64,000 nt of DNA from Ureaplasma sp. (GTDB lineage Bacteria > Bacillota_I > Bacilli_A > Mycoplasmatales > Mycoplasmoidaceae). Every line of letters starts with the position of its first letter. Position 1 is the first letter of the stretch. The translations under genes and the position numbers were made by a program. The notes below the pieces were generated by a model. That model did no database searches and had not been told where the DNA came from. It was given only the letters and a program-made list of their open reading frames with translations. Shown one piece after another: positions 22,824 to 35,251 of the stretch. The stretch lies in NCBI GenBank assembly GCA_020024695.1, contig JAHHTK010000002.1, positions 2,103 through 66,102 of the forward strand, read 5' to 3'.

Positions 22824-23592
22824 CATATTGAATAAGTCAATTTTAATTGTTTCTAACTGGGTAGTATTGTGGTAAATAATCCAAATCACAATTTTTGATA
22901 CTTAATTTAAATTTTTCTTCATCAACTATCTGTGGTAATGATATTTTCACATTATTACGTCTCAAATTGGATAATTCAATTTCGACATTAAAAACATTTG
23001 AATATTTATTAAGATTAAAGTCTGCAGAACTAATATTGTCAAGTTTAAATTTTACTGAACTATCGTTTCCACTTTTAACATATGGAAAATCTCAATTTTT
23101 ATAGCTACCATTACTTAATTCAACATTAAGTTTAACTAATTGATTTAAATTATTAGGACCAAATGAAGGAGAAATACTATCTTGTTTACCATACAAAATG
23201 TTTTCAATTTCATAACTATCATCAGCTTTAATGGTTAAATCAGTAACAGATGATGGAATAAAAATATACTTAAATCTAATATCTAAATTTTTAAGCATAG
23301 TTAAATCTAAGTTTAAAGTTTCTGTCTTTTCAGGAACAATTAAAACTTTTATTCATTTTCAATCATTACCTCCAATAAATTGTCATTCATTGCCTGATCT
23401 AACATAAGGCATAAAGTCTTTATCAGTGGAAAAATTAGATGTATCAAAAACCTTTGATTTGTTGTTTTCAGCATCAATAACGCTATCTTCTTCACTACAA
23501 GCATTTAATGCAACAGCACAAATAGGTGTTGTCACAGTCACACCAATTAAACTAGCAATACCAAGTCAAAACTTTTTATTTTTTTGTTTCAT
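22824..23592 (-). pseudogene. Lipoprotein paralog C, frameshifted and truncated by the IS remnant
   Basis: Close copy of paralog B starting MKQKNKKFWLG. Frameshift near 22860 gives a stop at 22843. Homology continues in the shifted frame up to the IS end at 22823. Confidence 0.8.
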
Positions 23593-23651
23593 ATTAACCT
23601 CTCGTTTCACAATAACTTAATTATACAAAAAAACAAAATTGAATTAGAAAT

Positions 23652-23693
23652 AAAAAAAATACTTTTGGAAAACCTTTTTGTTTTTCAAAAGTA
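23652..23693 (-). terminator. Intrinsic terminator after the large surface protein
   Basis: TACTTTTG...CAAAAGTA stem flanked by an A8 run (U tract on the minus strand). Confidence 0.65.
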
Positions 23694-23717
23694 ATTTTTA
23701 TTAATCATCATTGTTAT

Positions 23718-26700
23718 CTAGTTTCAATAGAAGCCATGACTATTGCCATAAGCATAACCAATACCAACGTTATTTTCACCAATATAAAGGCGTTGGAAAA
23801 CAGATTGATTTGGTAGAACAGTTTTGCCATCAATTACTTGGCAATCTTGAGTTTGGTATGGTTGGTTATAGAAATGGGTGGCATATTGAGGATTATGATA
23901 ACTAAATGCTAAATTAATCATTTCATCAAATCCAAAGGCTCCTTGGCCAATGAATTGAACTGTGCTTGGCATTTGAATTGGTTCATTTGCTGTTGGATAA
24001 AGATGTGCTGAACAGAAGGCATAATCGTTAATTTGGTGTAAGTGAGTTGGGAAGTTGAAGTTATTCAACGCAGATACTTGATAGAAAGCATTTTCACCAA
24101 TTTCTAGAATTGGTGATGCTTTAGTTAATAAATCACATTGATAAATTTGACTGTATGCAAAACATCAACTTGGAATGGTACGGATACTAGAGTGGGTTAA
24201 ATCACAACTAAATCCGTTTAAAATGACTCCATAAAAACTGAATTTACCTAAACTATCAATTTGGTTGGCATGAATAGTTAATTGTAGTGGTTTTTGAGTT
24301 GCACTAGCATCATTTGCCAGCCCCATTGTAGTTTTTGAATAACTATAACGGTTAAAGAAGTTAGCAGGAATACTACAACGATCAGGTAAGGTTAAATCGA
24401 CTGCATTTTGTAATCAAAGCAATGATTCTCTGGTGGCTGAAATATCAGTCATTTGAGCTGGCATTACTACTTTTAATAAACTTTTTTGAGTGTGTTGGCT
24501 AAAAATATGATTAAAGTTTGAAGCATCTAAATCATAAGCATCTTTCGCATCAAGCACTAATAAATTTAAATCATCAAAACTATTAGGCTCAATAATTTTC
24601 AAATCTTTATCTAAAATGACTGTGGTTGCTTTTGAACCTACAAAAGCCCCTTTTTGAATGGTTTGAATACCTTGGTGGTGAAAATCTAACACTTCTTGTT
24701 GTTTTCCATATTCAGTTAACCCAATTAAAGTATGGTCTTGGACAAGAAAACAATCACAATGAACCACTACTGGTTGAACACTAATTAAATTATGGTGAGT
24801 AACTTTAAAAATATCACTAGCAATGGATTTGATACTAATTCCATTTGAAACTTTAATTTCATAATTAATGGTTTGTACATCATTATCTTGTTGTAAATCA
24901 AAATGGATTTCATTTATAAAACTAGAATCAAAATGTGTTTGTTGTTCAAATTGATCCAAAATTTGCTTAATAAATTCAGGCTTATTTAAATCAGTTTCAC
25001 TTAAAACTTTAGTTTGACTCAACTCTTGAATTTTTTGGTCAATAATTGTGGCTAATATTGTTTGTTTAGTTTGGTCTAAAACATGACCATAACTAAAACT
25101 TTCAGTTACTTTGACATCTAATTGATGACAAGTAACATCCACTAATTCATTATTTAAATGATCAAAAATAGTATTATCATCAAATTCTAAATTATAGTTT
25201 AAACTGACATCGCCATTCTTAGTGGTTGTTTGACTAAAATGAATTTTAGTTAAGTGCTTAATATTAAAACCAGCTTGACTAAATGCTTGTTTTACTTGAT
25301 CAAAAAAGTCATCATTAGCATTTAAATTCTTTGCTTGAATAGCATAAGGGTCATCTAAATAATCCAGTTGTAATTGTTCATGAATAACCTTCATTAATTG
25401 TTCACAAGTTTCGTTATCTAAGACCATTGATTTATCAACACTTATTGGAGTTTGAAACTTAACGGTTTGGTCTTGGACTTGATAAAGATCATGATATTGT
25501 TCATTTTCAAAAGTAGTGGTAAAGCTAAATTCAGCTTGATAATTTCATTGCGAAATTCCTTGGTCATAAATCACTTCATCAAAATGAACTTGGACTAAAT
25601 TGTCTTGATAAAAACCATCTTGAAGTTTTCAATTATCTTTAATTTGTTTTAAAACAACTGGATTATTGTTTAAAAAACTCGGATTTAAATCTTGAATCTT
25701 ATCTTGAGCCATTTGGTTTAAGACTGTTTGAATAGTTTCATTCAAACTCATAATATTTTCATCACTTAAAACTGAATCAAAATTGAATTGCATAACTTTC
25801 ATGATATGAACAGTTTGGTTTTCAAGTTGATATTGACCATTGTATCTAAGGGTGTTATCAAAATAAACTGTTGGTTTAAATTCAAAGCTCACTTGAACAT
25901 GTCTTTGACCTTGACTATCCGTGTCACTGACATCAAAATGTATTTGATTTAAGTTATGAATATCAAAACTAAGGTGAGCATCAAATAAAGCTTGTTGGCA
26001 TTGTTTGAATACTTGGTTACTATTTAAAACATCACTTTGAATCTTAGCTGGATTTAATTCATAAAGTTGTCTTAATTGTGTTTCAATAATCCTTAGCATT
26101 TGATTTAAATCTTGAGTGTGTAAAAGATCTTGTGGACGGGATTGAACATAACCTTCTCATTGAACTTCATGTTGATCTCAATCGATTAAACTATTGTTTT
26201 CTGGCTTGCAATTAAATTCAATATCAGGCTTGAAATTAATTGTTACCATTACTTTTTGTTTAGGACTGATATGGTTTGAATCCCATTGAATGTTCACTTG
26301 ATCAACATATTGACTATCAAAACCATTTTGAGCTAATTGATTAACAATTCTATCTTGCACTGTTGACATTCCTGTTTCAGTGTTTAAATCCTGACTGAAT
26401 GTATTTTGCAATTCATTTTGAATAATTGTTTGAATTAAATCAAAACCAGACTGGTCTAACACTAAATTAGGAGTAGCTGGAATAATTTCAGTAGCAGGAA
26501 TATTTTGACCAGCTTGGTCAACAATGCCCTCACCTAATTCATAACTAAAAGTTAAACTATGTTGATTCTTATTTAAAAGATACTGGTCATTACTACTTAA
26601 ATCAGCTCCAAATTGTACATAATCAAAGAAGATAATTTGGACTCCTACTTGATTGTTATCAAGGTTTATAAAGACAATATCTTGCACACTAGTAGCACTC

Positions 26701-28234
26701 ACTCCTAATTGATTTAAACTATCAATAATAGCAGCTTGAATCTTTCTTAAACTATCAGGATTCTTTAAATCTTGTTTAGTAACTTTTCTTATCCCATTAT
26801 GATTAAGAATGTTATCAATTACTGTTTGTATTTGCACTACTACCTCATTATGTAGAACATTTTTATCATCAATACTATCAGGTCTAACAGGATTTAAGCT
26901 TTCCTGATTGGTTTCATCGTTTCCATTTGAAGATTGTTGATCAAGATTGTTATCAGTGGATATATCTGGAATTGCTGAATCAATTGAATCATTGGTGTTG
27001 GTTTCTTCATTTACTGATTCAGTTTTATCAGTAACGGATTGGTCTTCAATTGATTGATCTGGTTGAGCATCTGGGACAATGGTTTGGTCAGTTTCAGCTT
27101 GACTGTCGTTATGATTATCATGACCAAGTTCATTATCAGTTGCTTCACTATTATTGTTTTGTTCACTAATTTCTGGGATAGGTTCTGGTTTAACAGGATC
27201 AACTGGTTCTGGATTGGCTTCTTGATGATTATCAGTAATAGTATCTACAACACTATCACTATGGGTATCATTATGAATTTCAGGTTCAACAGGGGTTTCA
27301 GATTTATGACTATCTTGTTGTGTATCATCAACGATACTATTGGTATCAGTGTCTGGACTAATTGTCCCAGTAATGTCATCAACAGGTTCATTTATTTCAT
27401 TGTCTACCTTAGAATCATCAGGTGTTGCACTATTATCTGAAATAGTTGAATCTTTTTCATCATTATTTTGAACATCGGTTTCATCTGGATTTAAAGGTTG
27501 TAAATTAGATTGATGGTCGTCAATTATTTCTGATGGTTTGGTTGCACTTTCATTATTGTTTGAAACATCTTGTGAAACATGAGGTTGGTTTGGTTGCGAA
27601 TCATTTTTATGATCTAAATTGTCTTCAATTCCAGGGATGGTTGGTTCTGGTTGAACTTGAGGTTGTTCAGGTTCATTTTGTTCAGTTTCGTGTGTTTCAG
27701 GGGTTGTTGTTGGATTATTAATGTTGTTATGATTGTTGTTGGTTTCAGGTTGGTGATTATCTAATTCATTTTCAGGTGATGGACTAATTTCGTTTTGACT
27801 ATTTGATAACAATGAGGTATCAACAATCAATTGGTGGTCTTTTGCACTAACCCCAGTAATCCTTCTAAATCACCAAAAATAACATTAGGTTTAAATTGAA
27901 TTGCTGTTTGTACTCCATCTTTAGCTAATGCTTGAATATGAATGTGATTAATAAAACTATTATCAATACCTAATTTTGCTAGTTCAAATTTAATTACATC
28001 CTTAATTAAGTTAGTAATATCAACAAAGGTTGTGGTTCGACTTTTTAAATGACTGTCATAAACTTGACTAAGGATATTTTTAATTTGAACCACTCTTTCT
28101 TTGCTTAAAAGAAAGGTGTTATCTTGCACAGTTTTTGCTTTTAAAATGACTGGAATTGAGGTTCCAAGACCTGTTAAAGCAATAGTTCCCATACTTGTCC
28201 CGAGAACTAAATTAATTTTGTGTCTTTTGTTCAT
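23718..28234 (-). CDS. Very large (~1500 aa) surface protein with repeated domains and C-terminal BspA-type LRRs; one frameshift near 27861
   Basis: N-terminal hydrophobic anchor (MNKRHKINLVLGTSMGTIALTGLG). ORFs from 23724 to 27830 share one frame. Acidic low-complexity stalk; LRR-like GIQTIQKGAF, FPTHLHQINDYAF and MPSTVQFIGQGAF. Confidence 0.7.
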
Positions 28235-28372
28235 TTTTTCTTCTTTTCTTTCCATTTTTCAACAATTATTTTCATTGTTTTGATAACTAGCACCAAAATT
28301 ATCTTTAAAATAATTGCTAAAAGATGTCTTTAATTATACACACAATCAGGCCAATGAGTTCAAAAAAACAAA

Positions 28373-28408
28373 AAAATAAAGCTTTAGGTCAAACTAGAGC
28401 TTTATTTT
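28373..28408 (-). terminator. Intrinsic terminator
   Basis: Minus strand AAAATAAAGCTCTAG-TTTGAC-CTAAAGCTTTATTTT followed by T runs. Confidence 0.7.
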
Positions 28409-28416
28409 AGGAATTA

Positions 28417-28719
28417 TTAGCAACTAAATGTACGAATTAAAGAAGCTAAATTTTCTTTATCAACTTTACTTAAGTGACTAGAATGGTCGGCTTGATACTT
28501 TAATAAACCATCATGCATATATTTAATTGCACCATCACTTACCGTGATTTCATGTTCACTATGACCTTGGCTAATAGAATGGTATGCTTTTTCAATTGCA
28601 ATCCGAATTTCTTCTGCACTTTCTTTATAAAAGCAAGCATCACCAGTATGTTTAGTTAATTCTGTTCCTCAGTGATGTAAGAATTCTAATTCCTTAGAAC
28701 TAATTTTAAAACTGGTCAT
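28417..28719 (-). CDS. Small His-rich hypothetical protein (100 aa), absent from the ORF track
   Basis: SD AAGAAAGGG; MTSFKISSKELEFLHHWGTEL...RTFSC with one TGA; followed by its own terminator. Confidence 0.7.
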
Positions 28720-28833
28720 TTTTAAAATACCCTTTCTTTGTTTAGCTTCATTATCCTACTTATTTAAATGAAAAACATGAAACCTAAATTTTCCATTTAA
28801 ATTTCATGTTTTGATTGATAAAAAATAATAAAG

Positions 28834-28908
28834 TGGCACCCTCAATGAGAATTGAACTCATATTGACAGCTTAGGAGGCTATCGTTCTGTCCATTGAACT
28901 ATGAGGGT
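28834..28908 (-). tRNA. tRNA-Arg (CCU)
   Basis: ACCCTCA...ATAGC-CT CCT AA-GCTGT...TGAGGGT G CCA, with the A20 arginine identity base. Confidence 0.92.
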
Positions 28909-28927
28909 ATTAAACCATAGATGAGGT

Positions 28928-29620
28928 TTAAATTTTTTGATGTAAATGTTGAATAATTAAATCTTTTGTTTGGTCTAAATTTAAATGATCATTATGAATC
29001 ACAATCGCATCAGGAACACAAACTAGAGGGGCTAATTCACGGTGGGAATCATTATAATCACGTAAGGCAATCGAATCATAAATTGCTTGATAATCATAAG
29101 TAGCATTCACATCAAGTTCTTTTAATTCTTGAATCCGTCTTTCGGTACGGGCTTTAATCGAAGCATCTAAATAAATCTTTAAAGTTGCAAATGGTAAAAC
29201 CACACTTCCAATATCACGCCCATCCATCACCACATTATTAGTAGCAGCTATTTTTCGTTGGTCTCATAATAGCTTATTACGCACGTTTTTATATGTTGCA
29301 ATTTTGGAAGCATAACTAGCAACACTTGGGTGTTTAATCGCTTCACTAATTTCATGGGATTGATTGGTTTTATGGTCAATCACATAAACTAGATGGTTAT
29401 CTAAAACTACATCTAAATCATTTAAATGGTCATTGATATGCTCTTCATTATCTTGATTAATGCCTAAACTTTGTAAATATCACGCATATGCCCGAAACAT
29501 ATTGCCAGTAGAAATATAAGTTCAGTTTAATTCTTTGGCAATCATTTTGGCCACTGAACTTTTCCCTGACCCTGCTGGACCATCAATAGCAATAGAATAA
29601 AATTTTTCAACTTGATTCAT
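28928..29620 (-). CDS. cmk: Cytidylate kinase
   Basis: Motifs IAIDGPAGSGKSS, STGNMFRA, VVMDGRDIGSVV and RDYNDSHR. Confidence 0.95.
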
Positions 29621-29711
29621 ACATCCTCACTGATTATTGAATGTTTTGTTTAATTATATGTTAGGATTAATATATATGTTGATAAAATCACATATTTAAA
29701 AAGGATTGTCT

Positions 29712-29993
29712 ATGGGTTCACGTGCAATTGTTGATATTAAAGAATGCATTGGTTGTGGGTCCTGTCAAAGCATCTGTCCAGTCGAATCCATCGTGGTTGA
29801 TGAAGAAACTGGCTATGCGTGAAGTGATCCAAGATGTATTGCCTGTGGAGCTTGTACCGTGGTTTGTCCTGCCCAATGCATTAGCATTGGGACCATTAGA
29901 GAATGGTACGAACAAGCAAAACAACTCCAAGTTAGTACTAAAAACTTTGATCCTTCATTAGAACAACAAGATTTAGCAGATAATGATGAATAA
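29712..29993 (+). CDS. 2[4Fe-4S] dicluster ferredoxin (93 aa), absent from the ORF track
   Basis: AAAGGA SD. Motifs CIGCGSCQSICP and CIACGACTVVCP, with one in-frame TGA between them. Confidence 0.92.
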
Positions 29994-30020
29994 TAAAGAG
30001 AAATATAAGATATGCATATC

Positions 30021-31133
30021 TTATATTTTTTTATGTTTATCAAAGGTTTGAATGACTTCTTTTAACAATTGATAAAAGTTTAAAACATCATCAATGGTTT
30101 CAATTGCTTGGTGTTGGTATTTATCAATAAAGTCTTGACTAATTTGATAGATTTGACCAAAGTTAATCTTTTGAGCCATAAACTGAGTATATAAATAATC
30201 ATCTAACACTACAAGAATGATGCCAAGAGCACGGTTATTATCTTTAATAACTTGGTTGGCTCACCGAATTGGCGGCCATTTTTTAGTACAGATATGGTCA
30301 AACTTAAAATTTAAATGGTGAAAGTCCATTGGATCAATAACTGGTACTTGGGGGTGGTTATTCCCATTTAAAACATACCCTGATGCAAAGTCCATATTTT
30401 TGCTAGAAGCCAAAAAAGACACAGTATTATCTGACCATGAAATTAAGGCATGGACTAATGATTGGGGGTGGTATAAAGCATGGATTTCAGCGTTTTCAAA
30501 TAAATAATAGGCTTCAATCATTTCAAAGGCTTTGTTAAATAAAGTGGCTGAATCAAAAGTAATCTTTGGTCCCATCTTTCAGGTCGGATGACTTAATCCA
30601 TTTGCTGGACAAATAATTTGGTCCCGTTTTATTTTAGTTAATTGATAATAAGGCCCACCAGAACAAGTTAAATAAATCTTTTGAATAACTTTTTCAGATT
30701 GATTTTGCATTAACATCTCAATACTAGTATGTTCACTATCAATAATAGATAAAAATAACTGGTGCTTAAGATATTCTTGCTTCAACCATCACCCTGCCAT
30801 AACCATACTTTCTTTATTCGCCAGTGCTAAATGAATCTTGTGTTTAGCAGCCAATAAAGAAACTTGAAACCCTTCCATGCCAGCCAAAGCGTTAACAATC
30901 AAATCAGGTTGGGTTTCTAAAATCATTTGTTCATAATCGTGATTGTTTTGTACACAATAACATTGAGCAGTTGGAAATTGGGTTTGAATTTGGTCAGCTA
31001 AACTATGGTTATGATAATAACTAAACCCAACTAGTTGGGCGTTCTGAGGCATGGTTCTTAAACAACTTTGACCAATCACTCCCGTGGCCCCAAAAATAAA
31101 GATTTTAGAAAAGGTTGGCATTGATAGAAACAT
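30021..31133 (-). CDS. dxr: 1-deoxy-D-xylulose-5-phosphate reductoisomerase (MEP pathway); start at 31133 or 31121
   Basis: Motifs [53 protein letters not shown] and HPQSLVH. Confidence 0.93.
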
Positions 31134-32253
31134 GTCCTGTAAATAAAGCTAATAGTAAAGAAACAATAAAGAAGGTTGATAAAACAAACGAGTGTGAATC
31201 AATCCGATCAATAATGCCCCCATGGCCAGGAATTAAAGTTCCATAGTCTTTAATGTGATATTTACGTTTAAATCATGAGAAAGATAAATCACCCAAGACC
31301 CCAATAATTCCTAACAAAATAATGATGGCTGTTATGATTAATCACCATCCATACATGTCACCTAATTGGTTATTGGAAATTTCATCTAAAATGGTAGAAG
31401 TGCGTTCTGGGGTTACTTGTCAACCAAAAATATTAAATAAAATATTGGTTGGATTCAACACATATTTAAACCCTAAAATCATTAATAACATTAACCCTGT
31501 GGTTAATAATAAACCACTAAAGAAACCTTCTCAAGTTTTTTTAGGACTAATTTTCGGAGCCATTTTGTGCTTGCCAAACAACACACCCCCAAAATAAGCA
31601 AACGAGTCATTCCCAAACACAATTAATAATAAGAATAATAAGGTGATTCAACCCCAGTTAAACACAAAGAATAATAAAGCTAAATAAAAACCACTAATAA
31701 TCCCTGCTAATAAATTTAAAATCACTCAGTTCTTAAAAGTTAAGTGGTGATAAACAATTAATAAAATGGTGTTAATCAAGACAGTGAAAACAATTCCACA
31801 CGCTAACACAATACAATAAATGGTAGTAGCATTTAACCCAGCAATCCCTGTGTTACTTACTCCTGATCCTTGGTTAATCGGGACAATTTGGTATAACGAT
31901 AAAAAGTTCGTTAACGCAGGTCCATACACTAAAAACACCATGCTTAAAATAACTAAACTAATCGCAATCTTTTTATAAGCAAAAAAGATGTTGGTAATCT
32001 CTTTCGCACAAATAATTACCAATGGTAGTAATCAAACTAACATTAAACTACAAGTGGCAATTCTGACCTGTTCACTGACAAATGACATTCATAATGTCCC
32101 GTCACTATTAAAATAGGATTTATCACTAAAAATAGCGAGCAAAAACAACACAATTAAATAGAAAGCAATTCCAAATGACGACACAATCCGTTGTCGCATG
32201 GACAGCTTAGTTTGCACACTTAATTCGTTGTGTTGAAGCTTTAAGTTAGCCAT
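31105..32253 (-). CDS. cdsA: Phosphatidate cytidylyltransferase
   Basis: Motifs [27 protein letters not shown] and [25 protein letters not shown]. Confidence 0.93.
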
Positions 32254-32932
32254 GAATAACCCTTCCAAATGTTCTTGTTGTACGGTGAAATTTTTTCATG
32301 GCTTGATCTCAATCTTTTTTCTTGAATTGAGGTCAATAGACATCACAAAAATGAATTTCACTATATGCTAAATTATAAAGCATAAAGTTAGAAATTCTTT
32401 GTTTTCCACCAGTCCTGATTAATAAATCAATCGGACCTAAATCTCCCGTTAATAAATATTGGTGGATGTTCTCTTTGGTGACAATCGCTTGGTTTAAAAC
32501 GGCTTTATTTATTGCGGCAAGGATTTCATCTTGACCACCATAATTGAACATAATAGCGAGGGTTAAACGGGTATTTTGAGCCGTTTGGGCTTCTAGGCTA
32601 TGAATTTGGTTTAACAATTCAGGTTCAAAACGGGATTCAAACCCCTTTCAAACAAATTTAATTTGGTTTTCTTGTAAAAACTGTAAGGTCTTGTGACTTG
32701 ATAAGTATTTTTGAAATAACTCAAGAAGATAATTCACTTCTTGAAGTGGACGGTCTCAATTTTCGGTACTAAAAGCAAAAAGCGAAAGAGTTGACACTCC
32801 ATCGCTTAAAGCATAATTAATGACGTTTTTAATTTTCTTAGCTCCTTGGTAATGTCCAAAGGAGCGAACTTTCGCAAGCGATTGAGCGTACCGACCGTTG
32901 CCATCCATAATAATTGCAACGTGGTTGAGCAT
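32246..32932 (-). CDS. uppS: Undecaprenyl/polyprenyl diphosphate synthase (cis-prenyltransferase)
   Basis: Motifs HVAIIMDGNGR, FAFSTENW, FNYGG and DLLIRTGGKQRISNF. Confidence 0.95.
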
Positions 32933-33486
32933 TAAATGGTCATGATTTCTTTTGATTTGTTTTCAAATACTTGTTCAAGTTTATTGTTTAATACTTTGGT
33001 TTCAGCATCAAGTTGTTTGGTAAATGATTTTTTATCATCATCAGTCACAGTTTCATCTTTTTTAAAAAGATCTTGGGTAGCTTGACGAGCTTTCCGAATT
33101 AATTGTTTACCTTGTTCTAAAATTTCTTTGGCTTTTTTAACAAGGGTTTTACGCATATCTTCAGTTGGAGCACTGAAGGTAATTTTAATGACATCAGCAT
33201 CCACTTGGAAGTTTAAGTTTAATTTGGCAGCATTTAACCCACTCGCAATTTCTTTTAATAAAGAACGGTCATATGGTTTAATGACAATGGTTCTTGGATC
33301 TGGGGTTGAAACGTTAGCAATGTTGGTTAATTTAGTTGGTTCTCCATAAGCTTCAACCATCACACCGTTTAAAATTTGTGGGTTAGCACGACCAGCACTA
33401 ATCTTAGCATATTCATTGCTTAAATAAATAAATGCGTGTTCACTTTCGTTATTAAAAAAGGTTTGGTAATCTTTTCAATTAAACAT
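32932..33486 (-). CDS. frr: Ribosome recycling factor
   Basis: Motifs ISAGRANP, VEAYGEPT and IKPYDRS; located between pyrH and uppS. Confidence 0.95.
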
Positions 33487-33503
33487 AAATTTTTCTTTCT
33501 TGA

Positions 33504-34223
33504 TTAATTAATTAAGGTTGATTTAATTTCACCATTTAAGGCTTTGACAATACTATTTGGTTCGTTAATATTGAACACTAATAATGCGATGTCATTACTT
33601 TTACATAAAGTTAAAGCACTTGTATCCATGACTTTTAATTCTTTTTCAATGACTTCACTATAAGTTAAGTGGTCAAAACGAATTGCATCTGGATGTTGGT
33701 TAGGATCTTTATTATAAACTCCATCAGTACCATTTTTACCCATTAAGATAATGTCGGCTTGAATATTACATGCTTGCATCGCTGCCCCTGTATCTGTGGT
33801 AAAGTAAGGGAAACCTGTTCCCCCAGCAAATAAACATACTTGTTTTTGATCTAATTGAGCTAATACATTTCTTAAAATGTAAGGGTCACAAATTTGGTTA
33901 ACAGTAATGGTTGAAAATAATTTTACTGGCACGTTAATATTGTCTAATAAGTTTTTAAAAGCAATTCCGTTAATGACAGTTGCCAACATCCCCATGTAGT
34001 CAGCGTCAGCACGGTCCATTTTCATATTTTTAGAGAAGTTACCTCTTCAAATATTTCCACCCCCGATAACAACACCAATTTCATAATCTTTGGCTAAAAG
34101 AGCAATTTGATCAGCATAACTAGCTAAGGTTTCAAAATCAAAGGTATCCTTTTCACCCCCGAAACTAGCCCCGCTTAATTTGATTAAAATCCGTTTGTAT
34201 TTTTTGTTTGTATTTAATGACAT
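33504..34223 (-). CDS. pyrH: Uridylate kinase
   Basis: Motifs RILIKLSG, IGGGNIWRG, ADYMGMLAT, GTGFPYFTTD and DGVYNKDP. Confidence 0.96.
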
Positions 34224-34241
34224 AGTTACCCACATTCTATT

Positions 34242-34276
34242 AAAAAGAAACGAAAAAGTTCTTTTCTCGTTTCTTT
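34242..34276 (-). terminator. Intrinsic terminator after tsf
   Basis: AAAGAAACGA...TCGTTTCTTT stem with a U tract on the minus strand. Confidence 0.7.
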
Positions 34277-34294
34277 AAAATTGAAATATTCTTA

Positions 34295-35167
34295 TTATTT
34301 CATTTGAGCTGCAACTTCAGCTGCAAAGTCTGATTCTTTCTTTTCGATACCTTCACCTAATTCAAAACGGGTGAAAGCAACACATTTACAGTTTTTTGAA
34401 GCTAAGAAAGCACCCACAGTTTGGTCTGGGTTAATTAAATATTTTTGGTTTTCTAAACAAATTTCTTCAAGTTCTTTGTTTAAACGGCCAGCAACAATTT
34501 TTTCTGCAAATTCAGCTGGTTTACCTTCTTTAATTGTTTGTTCAACTAAAAGTTTCTTTTCTTCAGCTAATCAATTTTGGTCAACGCTGTCACGGTTAAT
34601 GTATTTTGGATTGTTAACACAGATGTGCATACATACTTGTTTTGCTTCAGTTTCGTCTAATGAACCATCAAATAATGCAATAACAGCATATTTTTTGTTC
34701 ATGTGAGTGTAAGCCCCAACACTTTGGCTCGCACTAGCACTATAAACAACCCCACGACGATATGCAATTTTTTCACCGATAGTTGCTGTTAAATCAACAC
34801 CAACTTCTTTAATGTTTTTGCCATTAACTAAAACTTGGTCAATTTCTTCGCTAGTTTTAGCTTGAGCCATGACTTCTTTTAACATGTCGTTTGCTAAAGC
34901 AACGAATTGGTCGTTTGTTGCGACGAAGTCTGTTTGACAGTTAACTTCAACGATTGCTGCTTTTTTACCTTCAGCTTTTGCTAATACAACCCCTTCAGCT
35001 GCAATTGCACTTTGTTTTTTTGCTGCCTTAATGGTTCCGTTTTCACGTAATCATTTAATTGCAGCTTCAATATCATCATTACTTGCATTTAAAGCATTAA
35101 TGCAGTCTTTCATTCCTGCATTAGTACGTGCACGTAATTCCTTAACTAATTCTGCTTTAGTTGCCAT
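34295..35167 (-). CDS. tsf: Elongation factor Ts
   Basis: Motifs [29 protein letters not shown] and [18 protein letters not shown]. Confidence 0.97.
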
Positions 35168-35251
35168 AAGATCAACCTCTCAATAATATGTTTTTTATTT
35201 AAATATGTTTTAATAACATTTAGTGTATTATATCTTAAATACAACAATAAA

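Noticed and set aside
28834..28908. AGG or CGG codon reassignment as reported in some low-GC Bacilli
   Set aside because: The tRNA(CCU) has A20 and G73. AGG encodes the conserved Arg of UppS LIRTGG, and CGG the conserved Arg of UppS GNGR and AsnS GSQRE.
29718..30043. ORF-track ORFs 29718-29930(-), 29722-29961(+) and 29813-30043(-)
   Set aside because: They are shadow frames of the ferredoxin gene at 29712-29993.
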